Assembly (NCBI GenBank): GCA_963696735.1
Contig: CAVOLG010000001.1
Coordinates: 2,487-66,486 of the forward strand
Direction: 5' to 3'
DNA: 64,000 nt
DNA from: an uncultured Actinomycetes bacterium
GTDB taxonomy: Bacteria > Actinomycetota > Thermoleophilia > Gaiellales > JALYLC01
Shown: one piece after another, positions 27,738-36,644 of the stretch
How the letters are laid out: every line of letters begins with the position of its first letter
Numbering within the stretch: the stretch's first letter is position 1
Translations under genes and position numbers: made by a program
Notes under the pieces: generated by a model
Database searches by the model: none
Told to the model about the DNA's origin: nothing
Seen by the model: only the letters and a program-made list of their open reading frames with translations

Positions 27738-29392
27738 GTGGCGTCGCTGTACCGCAAGCACCGCCCACGCACGTTCGCGGACGTCGTCGGGCAGGAGCAC
27801 ATCGTGCGCACCCTGCAGGCCGCGGTCGAGCAGGACCGGGTGGCCCACGCCTACCTGTTCGCCGGCCCGCGCGGGACGGGCAAGACGTCGCTCGCCAAGA
27901 TCCTCGCCAAGGCGCTGAACTGCGAGCACGGGCCGACGCCGACGCCCGACGGCACCTGCGAGCGCTGCTGGCGATCCACGACGCCACGCTCGCTCGACGT
28001 GATCGAGCTCGACGCCGCCTCCAACCGCGGGATCGACGACGATCCGCGAGATCGCGTCGAGCGCGCGTCGCTGCGCCCCGATCGAGGGCGCCGCGCAAGA
28101 TCTACATCCTCGACGAGGCCCACTCGCTCACGGCCGATGCCTCGAACGCGCTCCTGAAGACGCTCGAGGAGCCGCCCGAGAAGGTCGTGTTCGTCCTCTG
28201 CACGACCGACGCCGGCAAGCTGCTGCCGACGGTCCGCTCGCGCTGCCAGCGCTTCGCCTTCGCGCCGGCCCGGCGCCGGCGAGCTCGCCGACGGTGCTGC
28301 GCCGGATGCGCGACCGCCGAGCAGATCGAGGCCGACGAGGACGCCCTGCACCTGATGGCCCGCGCGGCGGGCGGGTCGTTCCGCGACTCCGTCGGACCAC
28401 GCTCGACCAGCTCGTCCACGCGTCACGCACGGCCACATCAGCGGCCGACGGACGTGGCCTCGCGTGCTCGGCCTCGTCCCCGAGCAGGCCCTCTCCGACC
28501 TGGTCGACCTGGTCATCGCCGGCGACGCCGGCGGCGTGCTCCGCCGCATCGACGAGCTCGCGGCCGGCGGCCAGGACTCTCGGCAGCTCTGCTCGGGGCG
28601 CTGCTCGAGCACCTGCGCCTCCTGTACCTGCTGCAGCACGCCGGCGAGCTGCCCGTCCTCGGCCGCCACCACGCAGGACCGCCTGGCCGTCCTGCAGCGT
28701 CAGGCGTCGCGCCATGCCGCCCGGGCGAGACGCGTCCGCGCGATCGACCTCCTGGTCGTCGCCCATCGCGAGCTGCGCGAGGGCTCCGACCCACGGCTGT
28801 CGCTCGAGCTGGCGCTGCTCAAGGCCGCCGCGCCCGCGGCCGAGCGAGGGCTCGACGCCCTGCTCGCGCGGGTCGAGCGGCTCGAGAGGCAGCGCTCCTG
28901 CCCCGGCGCGGCGCCTGCTCCGCCGGCGGCGCCGCGCCGGCCCGGCCCCCGTGGCCGAGCCGGAGGCGACGGCGGAGCCGGCGGCACCGGAGCCCGCGCC
29001 CGCCCCTCCCGAGCACCGGCCGACGCGCTGGCGGACGACACCGAGCTCGAGGGCCTGCAGGCCGCCTGGGGCGAGGTGGTCGAGCAGCTGAGCGGCCCCG
29101 CGCGGGCCGTCGCTCACCGGCTCGGCGCCCGTGGCCCTGGTGGACGGCGTCCTCACCATCGGCGTCAACCCCGTCCTCTACGGGAGTGCCGCCCGCCACG
29201 GGGGCGAGGTGGCGGCGGCGGTGGCCGGCACGCTTCGCGGTGCGCGTCGAGCCGGCCTTCGTGGCCAGCGAACGCCGACCCGCCCCGGCAGCGGCTCCGG
29301 GCGAGACGCCCGACGACCCCGGGCCGCTGGACGAGCGCGAGCTGGCAGCGCAGATCGTGCATACCTTCGACGCACGCGAGGTGGACGGGTGA
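27738..29392 (+). pseudogene. dnaX: DNA polymerase III subunit gamma/tau DnaX, many frame breaks
   Basis: GTG 27738: [51 protein letters not shown] (ORF 27711..28157). [56 protein letters not shown] is in the frame of ORF 28187... Domain III pieces are in ORF 28464... The C-terminus [17 protein letters not shown] ends at 29392. Confidence 0.85.
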
Positions 29393-29720
29393 GCTTCGAT
29401 CCGAACAAGCTGATGAAGCAGGTCCAGCAGATGCAGGCCGACATGGCAGCGCGCGCAGGAGGAGCTCGCCGAGGAGCGCGTCGAGGGCACGGCCGGCGGG
29501 GGCATGGTCACCGTCACCGCGTCCGGCTCGGGCGACATCGTGGCCATCTCGATCAAGCCCGAGGCGGTCGACCCCGAGGACGTCGAGATGCTCGAGGACC
29601 TGATCGTGGCCGCCGTCAACGAGGCCTCGCGGGCCTCCCAGGAGCTGCAGCAGAAGCGCCTCGGCGTCGCTCGCGGGCGGCCTCGGCGGCCCCGGCGGCA
29701 TCGGGCTGCCCGGCCTGTAG
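29389..29720 (+). pseudogene. ybaB: nucleoid-associated protein YbaB/EbfC, two frame breaks (about 29452 and 29670)
   Basis: GTG 29389 overlaps the dnaX stop (GTGA): [20 protein letters not shown]. Then [58 protein letters not shown] (ORF 29504.. frame). Then the tail [15 protein letters not shown] ends at TAG 29718-29720. Confidence 0.8.
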
Positions 29721-29735
29721 GGCAGCATTCGTCCC

Positions 29736-30335
29736 GTGCTCACGCCGGCCGTCGACGACTCTGGTCACCCAGCTCGCGCGGCTGCCGGGCGTCGGGCAGC
29801 GGACGGCGCAGCGCCTCGCGTTCCACCTCCTGCGCGTGCCCTCCGAGGACGCGATGGCGCTCTCGGACGCGATCCGCGAGGTCAAGGAGCGCATCGGCTT
29901 CTGCGAGGAGTGCTTCAACCTGGCCGAGGGCGACCGCTGCCGCTTCTGCCTCGACGCGCGCCGCGACCGCGCGCTGATCTGCGTGGTCGAGGCGCCCTCC
30001 GACATCGATCCCCATCGAGCGGACGGCCGAGTACCGGGGCCTGTACCACGTGCTCGGCGGCGCGCTGTCGCCGATCGACGGCATCGATCCCGCAGGACCT
30101 GCGAATCGCCGAGCTCGAGGCCCGCGTGGCCCGCGCGAACGGGACGCTCTCGGAGGTCGTGCTGGCCACGAATCCGACGATGACCGGCGAGGCGACCGCG
30201 CTCTACATCGCCGACCGGCTGCGGGACTCCGTGCGGGTGACCCGGCTCGCGAGCGGGCTCCCGGTCGGTGGTGACCTCGAGTACGCGGACGAGGTCACGC
30301 TCGGGCGCGCGCTGGCGGGACGGCGGGAGTTGTAG
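29736..30335 (+). pseudogene. recR: recombination protein RecR, three frame breaks (about 29760, 30012, 30090)
   Basis: Frames run 0 to 1 to 2 to 0: MLTPAVDD / [24 protein letters not shown]...[35 protein letters not shown] / [27 protein letters not shown] / QDLRIAELE...[18 protein letters not shown]...[20 protein letters not shown]. Confidence 0.88.
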
Positions 30336-30356
30336 GCGGGGCTTGGGGTCTGGGTT

Positions 30357-30390
30357 CTCTCGGGCGCTGATTCGGCCCGAGATTTTCTCT
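30357..30390 (+). terminator. rho-independent terminator candidate downstream of recR
   Basis: CTCTCGGGC-GCTGATTCG-GCCCGAGA hairpin followed by TTTT (30383-30386). Confidence 0.55.
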
Positions 30391-30665
30391 GGAGAGAACC
30401 GCTGCGGGTACGGGCGGCTCGGGGGCTGCCCGGGCACGGGCGGTCGAGGCCACGCGCGGTGCGGCGCCGCGCGGCGCCTGGCCTTCCCTCCTGGCCAGCG
30501 CTCTTGAATGCAATTGCACGGGCGACACGCGTGCACTTGCCTTTCGCGCCACCAACGCGCAGGACACCCAGCCCCGCCACCCTCCAACGCTGGCGGCGCG
30601 AGCGGCGATGGCTCATCGCCCGCCCGCCGCCGGTCAGAGCGACGTGAGGCGGCCGGCAAACCGCG

Positions 30666-31082
30666 TCAGTGCGCGATCTCCCAGATGTGACCGCCGGGAT
30701 CGCGGAAGCTGGCCGTGCGGATCCCCCAAGGTCGATCCATCGGCCCGTTCAGCAGCTCGACTCCCCGGGCCGTCAGCTGGTCGGCCATCGCATCCACGTC
30801 GTCCACGCGGAGCGTGAACTGGAGGCGGACGCCGACGTCGGGGGCGGCGACCGGGGCGGGCGCGACAAGCGCCGGCGCCTGACCCGTCTTGAGGAGGTTG
30901 ACGAGCGTGTCGCCGAACTCGAACACGGCCGAGTTGTCGTCCTCGAAGACGACCGGGATCTGGAAGACATCGCTGTAGAAGCGCTTCGCCGCTCCCAGGT
31001 CTTCGACGAACAGCGTGATCGCGGCGAGACCGCCGGGCCACGCTGCCTGGGAGGTCTCGCCGCTCTCAGTCGACTCGCCCAT
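30666..31082 (-). CDS. VOC/glyoxalase-family protein
   Basis: ORF track 138 aa. ITLFVEDLGAAKRFYSDVF ... LRVDDVDAMADQLTARGVELLNGPMDRPWGIRTASFRDPGGHIWEI. Confidence 0.85.
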   Translation of the reverse strand: MGESTESGETSQAAWPGGLAAITLFVEDLGAAKRFYSDVFQIPVVFEDDNSAVFEFGDTLVNLLKTGQAPALVAPAPVAAPDVGVRLQFTLRVDDVDAMADQLTARGVELLNGPMDRPWGIRTASFRDPGGHIWEIAH

Positions 31083-31160
31083 GGCGCATACCCATACCGC
31101 AAATCGAGGAGCGCGTGCGGAGGATGGGCGGGCGGCGATCGCTCGCCGCCCGCCGACCGT

Positions 31161-31622
31161 TCAGGTGCTCAGCAGCCGGTGGAAGAACGACCGGTACCGC
31201 TGCAACGACACGCGGAGGTCCTCGGTGGAGACGTCATCTCCGCTGCTCCACTGGTCCTCGAGCTTCTTCCGCTCCGCGGCGAAGGTCTCGGCCAGGGTCT
31301 TCATCAGCTCGGCCACGAGCGCGTCGGCCTTCTGCACCGAGTCGCGCGGCTCGTCCACGAAGCCGGCTTGGATCTCGTCCCAGCGCTTCGTGAAGTCCTG
31401 GCACTCCGCCTGCGAGACCAGCGCCTCGCGCCCGTTCTCCCCGGCGCCGGCGCCACCGTCCTGCTCCCGCCGGGCCGCGCTCTCCTGGCGGATCTCCTCG
31501 ACCGAGCGGTCGGGATCCGCATGCGGGCCGCGATCGTCGGGCGCGTCGTCGCCGTTGCCGGAGTCCTGAGGCTCGTCCGGCTTCGAGCCGGCGATGTCAG
31601 AGGTGGAGATCTGGTCGCTCAC
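31161..31622 (-). CDS. conserved hypothetical acidic protein (paralogous C-terminal module with 31619..32179)
   Basis: ORF track 153 aa. GTG 31622 overlaps the upstream stop (GTGA). Shares W..IQAGFVDEP..SV..ADALV and STEDLR....YR.FF..LL with its neighbour. Confidence 0.6.
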   Translation of the reverse strand: MSDQISTSDIAGSKPDEPQDSGNGDDAPDDRGPHADPDRSVEEIRQESAARREQDGGAGAGENGREALVSQAECQDFTKRWDEIQAGFVDEPRDSVQKADALVAELMKTLAETFAAERKKLEDQWSSGDDVSTEDLRVSLQRYRSFFHRLLST

Positions 31623-32179
31623 CGGGTCCCTCCGGCGTTCTGGGCCGCGGCGGCCGGGGTGCCGAGCAGGTCCTCGAACAGGGTCCGGTAGTGCACCATC
31701 CCCTGCCGCAGGTCCTCGGTGCTCGCCGTGCCCTCAGAGCTCGAGCGGGCGATGTCGCGGGCCGCGCGGTAGTTGTCGGCCACGTCGGCGTGGTCCACGG
31801 AGATGTCGGCCAGACGCTGGTCGAAGTCGTCGATCGGGTAGCCCCGGTCGCGCATGACGGCGGTGACGAGCGCATCGCCCTGGCTCACCGCGCCGGACGG
31901 GTCGTCGACGAAGCGCGCCTGCACGTCCTGCCACTGGTTGGCATAGCGGTCACGGGCCGCAGGGCTGAGATCTCGGATGTCGAGCTCTTCGCGCCGCTTC
32001 TCGCGGGCCACGAGCTCCGACTCTGCCGCGCGGCGGCCGCCGGCCTCATCCACCGTGCGGTCGTACTCGGGGCCGAACCGGTCGTGCAGCCGTTCGGTTC
32101 GCCGGCTGCGCATCGCGAGGTACAGCGCCGCGAGGACGATGACGGCGGCGATGATGACGATGACGATGATTGCGGTCAT
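31619..32179 (-). CDS. conserved hypothetical membrane-anchored protein
   Basis: ATG 32179 (GGAGGGA upstream) inside ORF 31619..32701. N-terminal TM helix MTAIIVIVIIAAVIVLAALYLA, then RFGPEYDRTV...WQDVQARFVDDP...STEDLRQGMVHYRTLFEDLL. Confidence 0.65.
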   Translation of the reverse strand: MTAIIVIVIIAAVIVLAALYLAMRSRRTERLHDRFGPEYDRTVDEAGGRRAAESELVAREKRREELDIRDLSPAARDRYANQWQDVQARFVDDPSGAVSQGDALVTAVMRDRGYPIDDFDQRLADISVDHADVADNYRAARDIARSSSEGTASTEDLRQGMVHYRTLFEDLLGTPAAAAQNAGGTR

Positions 32180-32260
32180 GTGCGTTCCCTCCAAACGTGT
32201 CGCAGGCCAGGTACCCGCCAGGACCGCGCCGAAACGACGCCTGGCTAGGGTGCGCCCGGG

Positions 32261-34676
32261 ATGAGCACCCTCGGGCTGAGCTCGGACGAGGCCGCGCGCC
32301 GGCTGGCCGAGCGCGGGCCTTCCGAGCCTCCGGCGTCGAGCCGGAGCGTGGCCTCGATCCTGCGCGAGAACGTCCTCACGCTGTTCAACCTCATCCTGGG
32401 CAGCTTCGCCCTGGCCCTGCTGGCCACCGGCCAGTTCGCGGACCTCGTGTTCGTCGTCGTCATCGTGGCCAACGCCTCCATCGGCATCGTCCAGGAGCTG
32501 TGGGCGAAGCGGCAGCTGGACCATCTCGCCCTGCTCGTCGCCCCTCGGGCTCAGGTCCTGCGCGACGGCCGGCCGATCGACGTCCCGGTGGAGGACGTGG
32601 TCGCCGGAGATGCGGTTCAGCATCCAGCCCGGGGACCAGGTCGTCGCCGACGGGACGGTGGTCGAGTCACGCGCCCTGCAGGTGGACGAGTCGCTGCTCA
32701 CGGGCGAGTCGGAGGCGGTGGCGCGGACGACCGGCGAGCCCCTGCAGTCGGGGTCCTTCTGCGTGGCGGGCTCGGGAACCTACCTGGCCGAGAAGGTGGG
32801 GGCCGACGCCTACGCGAACGAGCTCGTGGGCCTGGCCCAGGGCGACCGCCAGCCGCTCTCGCCCCTGCAGAAGGAGATCAACCGCCTCCTGCGGATCCTG
32901 CTGATCATCATGGTTCCGGTGGGCGGGAGCTTCATCGGCGCCCTGCTCGCCCACCAGGTCTCCACCCGGCAGGCGGTGTCCGAGGCCACGGCCGGGATCG
33001 TCTCCCTGATCCCCGAGGGCCTGGTGCTCCTGACCAGCGTGACCTTCGCCGTGGCGGCGGGACGTATGGCCCGGCTGGGCGGCCTGGTTCAGCGCCTGAA
33101 CGCGATCGAGTCCCTCGCCGGCGTCGACGTGGTGTGCGTGGACAAGACCGGGACCCTCACCGACGGGACGCTCCGCCTTGACGACGTCGAGGCGGTGAAC
33201 GGCGCCGGCCCCGAGGAGGCACGCCGCCAGCTGGCCCGGTACGCCGCGAGCATCGGCGCCCGCAACCCCACCGCCGACGCGCTCCACAGCGGCCTGGACG
33301 GCACGCCCAGCCCGGTGGCGGCGGAGGTGCCGTTCTCCTCTCGCTGGAAGTGGAGCGGCCTGACCTTCGCCCACGGGGGCGAGACGCTCGTCCTCGGCGC
33401 GCCCGACGTGCTCCTCGATGGGACCGGGTCCCCGGCCGTGGCCGCCCGCGCGTCCGAGCTCGCCCGCGAGCGCAAGCGCGTCCTCCTGTTCGCCCGGGCC
33501 GCCGCTCCGGTGGCCGAGCCGGACGGCGACTCCCTCCCCGGCCGGCCGCCCCTGGAACCGCTGGCCCTGGCCGTGCTCTCGGAGCGCATGCGCCCGGAGG
33601 CCGCGGACGCCGTGGCCTTCCTGCACGAGCGCGGCGTCGAGGTCAAGGTCGTGTCCGGCGACGGGCCCGACACGGTGGAGGCGGTGGCGCGCGCCGCCGG
33701 CATCGACACCGGCGGCAGGGCCGTGGCCGAGGCGGACCTGCCGCACGACGGGCCCGAGCTGGCGCGCGCAGCGGCCGGCGTGTCCGCCTTCGCCCGGGTC
33801 ACACCGGACGGCAAGCGGCGGCTGGTGGACGCCCTCCGCCGCTCCGGCAGGCGTGTGGCCATGATCGGCGACGGCGTCAACGACGTCCCCGCCCTCAAGC
33901 GCTCCGACGTCGCCGTGGCCCTCGCGTCCGGCAGCCAGATGGCCCGGGGCGTGGCCGATCTCGTACTCAGCGGGCCGGCGGCCTTCGGGGTGATCCCGGC
34001 GGCCATCGGCGAGGGGCGGCGCATCCTGCAGAACCTGCAGCGTGTGGCCAAGCTCTTCGTGGCCAAGTCGGTATTCGCGGCGACCCTCATCCTCACGGTG
34101 GGCGTGGGCGGCGGGACCTACCCGTTCCTGCCCCGGCAGCTGTCGCTGGCGGCCGTGTTCACGGTCGGCATCCCGGCCTTCGCCCTGGCCATGGCCCCGG
34201 TGGCCGGCCAGTCCCTGGCCACGGGCTTCCTGCGTGACATCTGGGAGTTCGCCGTCCCGGCCGGGGTGGTCACCGCCGCCGCCGTCCTCCTCGGCCACGG
34301 GCTCGTCCACACCTCGCTGGGGCGGTCGCTGTCCGAGTCGCAGACGACGTCCGTGACCATCCTGGTCTTCGTCAGCCTCTACCTCGTGCTCGTGCTGGAG
34401 TCGGGCGGCATGCGACGCTCACCGCGGCGGGCGCGCATGGTGCCGCTCCTCTGCGCGGGCGTGGCCCTCGCCTACCTGGCGATCCTCTCGTGGCCGGCGG
34501 CCCGCCACCTCTTCGCGCTGGCCGCGCCCACGGCGCTGCCCATGATCGTGGCGGTGATCTGCACGCTCTTCGCCATCGGCGCCCTCGGCGCCGTGGGCCT
34601 CTCGCTGACCCGGCCGGGAGGGGAGCGCATCGAGCTCGTCAATCCCTTCCGGACTCCCGGCCGCGACGCGCGGTGA
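32261..34676 (+). pseudogene. cation-transporting P-type ATPase (P2-like), one frame break near 32611
   Basis: ORF 32261..33181 gives the N part (LSSDEAARRLAERGPSE...). ORF 32610..34676 gives the rest, with TGESEAV, PEGLVLL, CVDKTGTLT and MIGDGVNDVPAL. Confidence 0.88.
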
Positions 34677-34706
34677 CGAGCGGCCGCGAGGAGCCTCGTC
34701 GACCGA

Positions 34707-34780
34707 TCGGGGTGCCCGGATTTGAACCGGGGACCTCTCCGACCCGAACGGAGCGCGCTACCAGGCTGCGCCACACCCCG
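34707..34780 (-). tRNA. tRNA-Pro (anticodon CGG)
   Basis: The reverse complement folds as CGGGGTG-TG-GCGC-AGCCTGGTA-GCGC-G-CTCCG-TTCGGGT-CGGAG-AGGTC-CCCGG-TTCAAAT-CCGGG-CACCCCG-A (74 nt, CCA not encoded). Confidence 0.95.
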
Positions 34781-34835
34781 CGCGCCGCCCAGTATCGCAC
34801 ACGCCTGCGGCCTGCCCCCGCGTAGACTCGCCGGC

Positions 34836-35597
34836 ATGGCCGCGCCCCGGGACGAGATCGTGGCGTGGCTCGACGACGAGCTCGAGATCGAGCGTTTCCG
34901 CGACTACGGGCCGAACGGCCTCCAGGTCGTCGGGTCGCCGACGGTCACCCGGGTGGCGGTCGCCGTCTCGAGCACGCTCGAGGCCTTCGAGGCGGCTGCG
35001 GCGTGGGGCGCCGACCTGCTCGTCGTCCATCACGGGCTCTTCCTCGACGGCCGTTCCATGCGCGTGGACGCGGTCCTGCGGCGCCGGCTGGAGGTGCTGT
35101 TCGCCGCCGACATGAGCCTCGCCGGGTACCACCTGCCGCTCGACGCACACCCGACGCTGGGCAACAACGCCCGGCTGGCGGCCGACCTCGGCTTGCTGGT
35201 CGAGGGCCGGTTCGCCGAGTCGCGCGGCGCCCCGCTGGCCGTGTACGGGTCGTTTCCCTCGCCCCTGCCGGTGGCCCGCCTGGTCGAGCAGGTCGAGGCC
35301 GTGACCGGGCGCGCCCCGATCGTCTTCTCGGGCGGCCCCGACCCCGTGCGCTCGCTGGGTGTGTGCTCCGGCGGGGCCGGCGGCTTCGTGGCCGAGGCTG
35401 CCGCGCTGCCCGTGGACGCCTACCTCACGGGCGAGCCCGAGGAGGACTCGAGGGCCATGGCCCTCGAGCTCGGCATCACGTACCTGGCCGGCGGCCACCA
35501 CGCCACCGAGACCCTCGGCGTCCGCGCGCTCGCGCGGGTGCTCGGGGAGCGCTACGACGTCGAGACGACGTTCGTCGACAGCGCCAACCCGGTCTGA
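34836..35597 (+). CDS. Nif3-like dinuclear metal centre protein (YbgI/GTP cyclohydrolase 1 type 2 family)
   Basis: ATG 34836 inside ORF 34722..35597. DYGPNGLQVVGSPTVTRVAVAVSSTLEAFEAAAAWGADLLVVHHGLF ... GYHLPLDAHP ... GGHHATE. Confidence 0.88.
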   Translation: MAAPRDEIVAWLDDELEIERFRDYGPNGLQVVGSPTVTRVAVAVSSTLEAFEAAAAWGADLLVVHHGLFLDGRSMRVDAVLRRRLEVLFAADMSLAGYHLPLDAHPTLGNNARLAADLGLLVEGRFAESRGAPLAVYGSFPSPLPVARLVEQVEAVTGRAPIVFSGGPDPVRSLGVCSGGAGGFVAEAAALPVDAYLTGEPEEDSRAMALELGITYLAGGHHATETLGVRALARVLGERYDVETTFVDSANPV

Positions 35598-35600
35598 GCC

Positions 35601-36221
35601 GTGGCGGCCGAGCTGTCCGGCCCCGCGCTCGCGCTGCGCCGCGAGATCATGGCCACCTTCGCGGCCACCGGCGCCCCACCCGAGGTGCGCGGGCATCCCG
35701 CCCTCCACGAGCTGGCCGCAGCGCACATCGTGGTCCTCGACGCCGACGGGCGGATCCAGATGGCCCACCCGTTCGCCGCGCCCGGCGGCGCAGCGGAGGT
35801 CAGGGCCGGGCGGCGCCGCTGGTGGGGCAGCTGCGCCTGGGACGGCCTGGGGTTGGTGGCGGCCCTGCAGCTCGACGATGCGACGGTGACCAGCAACGAG
35901 GTGACCCTGAGGCTGGACGACGGTGAGCTCCTCGACGATGCCTGGTTCCACATCGCCGTCCCGGCCGCCCGCTGGTGGGAAGACATCGCCTACACCTGAG
36001 CGACCATGCGGCTCTTCCGGTCGGAGGAGGACGTGGCGGCCTGGCAGGAGGCGTCGGGCGAGAGGTCCGGGGTCACGATCCCGGCCGCGCAGCTGCAGCG
36101 CCTGGGACGGGCGTGGTACGGCGACCGGCTGGACCCGGCCTGGCGGCCGCGCACGGTGGCCCAGTCGCAGGCGTTGCTGGAGGAGGCCGGCCTGAGCGGG
36201 CCGTTCTGGCGCCTCCGGTAG
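35601..36221 (+). CDS. MerB-like (alkylmercury lyase family) protein with a single in-frame TGA at 35997-35999; candidate selenocysteine codon, otherwise a nonsense-split gene
   Basis: ORF-track pieces 35601..35999 and 36006..36221 are in the same frame, separated only by TGA. The N part has WWGSCAWDGLG (MerB YAWCALDTL-like Cys/Asp). The C part has LFRSEEDVAAW (MerB FFASVPTAEDW-like). The TGA sits four residues before LF, where MerB has Cys159. Confidence 0.7.
36012..36029 (+). promoter_or_regulatory. SECIS-like hairpin candidate (CTCTTCC-GGTC-GGAGGAG)
   Basis: 7-bp stem (one G-U) with a GGUC tetraloop. It starts 12 nt after the TGA. The loop GU is at +24/+25 from the U of UGA, compared with +23/+24 in E. 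coli fdhF as I recall it. Confidence 0.4.
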
Positions 36222-36238
36222 AAGGGCCGGCGCGCCAG

Positions 36239-36267
36239 TGGACGACCGCCGAACGCACCGCTAGGAT
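36239..36267 (+). promoter_or_regulatory. candidate sigma-70-type promoter (TGGACG - 17 nt - TAGGAT)
   Basis: Hexamers at 36239-36244 and 36262-36267. Sequence-only guess. Confidence 0.3.
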
Positions 36268-36339
36268 GCGTGCGTGGACTCGCGAACGGACCGGTCCTGA
36301 CATTGCCTCGGGAGGCGGTCCACCCAGCGAGCCGAGCCG

Positions 36340-36377
36340 GAGCCCATCGACCTGCGCGATGGGCTCTCGTCGTTTTC
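36340..36377 (+). terminator. intrinsic terminator/attenuator hairpin
   Basis: Perfect 10-bp stem GAGCCCATCG / CGATGGGCTC with loop ACCTGCG, followed by TCGTCGTTTT. It lies 120 nt after the MerB-like stop and 24 nt before the RBS and ATG of the next small ORF. Confidence 0.6.
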
Positions 36378-36400
36378 GGGACGGAGAGGAGCGTGGTCAG

Positions 36401-36574
36401 ATGGCGAACCACCTGACGCCGGAGGAGATCTGTCGCGAGTTCGGGATGAAACGCGACGAGGTCATCCGGATCTGCGTCCAGGAGGGCGTACCCATCTACC
36501 ACGGGAAGATCGACAAGACCCTGTTCGGCATCGTCCGCGGCGATCAGCCGCGCGATCTGGCCGTCGTCAGCTAG
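36401..36574 (+). CDS. small hypothetical protein (57 aa)
   Basis: ATG 36401 with GGAGAGGAG upstream, inside ORF 35975..36574. MANHLTPEEICREFGMKRDEVIRICVQEGVPIYHGKIDKTLFGIVRGDQPRDLAVVS. Possibly HTH-like, family not recognised. Confidence 0.5.
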   Translation: MANHLTPEEICREFGMKRDEVIRICVQEGVPIYHGKIDKTLFGIVRGDQPRDLAVVS

Positions 36575-36644
36575 CCACGACCTGCCCCCAGCCCCGGCCC
36601 GGTGCCTGGCGCGATGATCGCCAGGACCGTGGTACCGTGGCCGC

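Noticed and set aside
27738-29392. Programmed -1 ribosomal frameshift in dnaX (tau/gamma), as in E. coli.
   Set aside because: There are many breaks, not one. They go mostly in the +1 direction. No A-rich slippery heptamer is visible anywhere in the gene. Neighbouring genes show the same kind of breaks.
31161-32179. Overlapping small gene pair as a toxin-antitoxin system.
   Set aside because: The two proteins are paralogues of each other, one with a TM anchor. Neither resembles known toxin or antitoxin folds, and there is no DNA-binding N-terminus.
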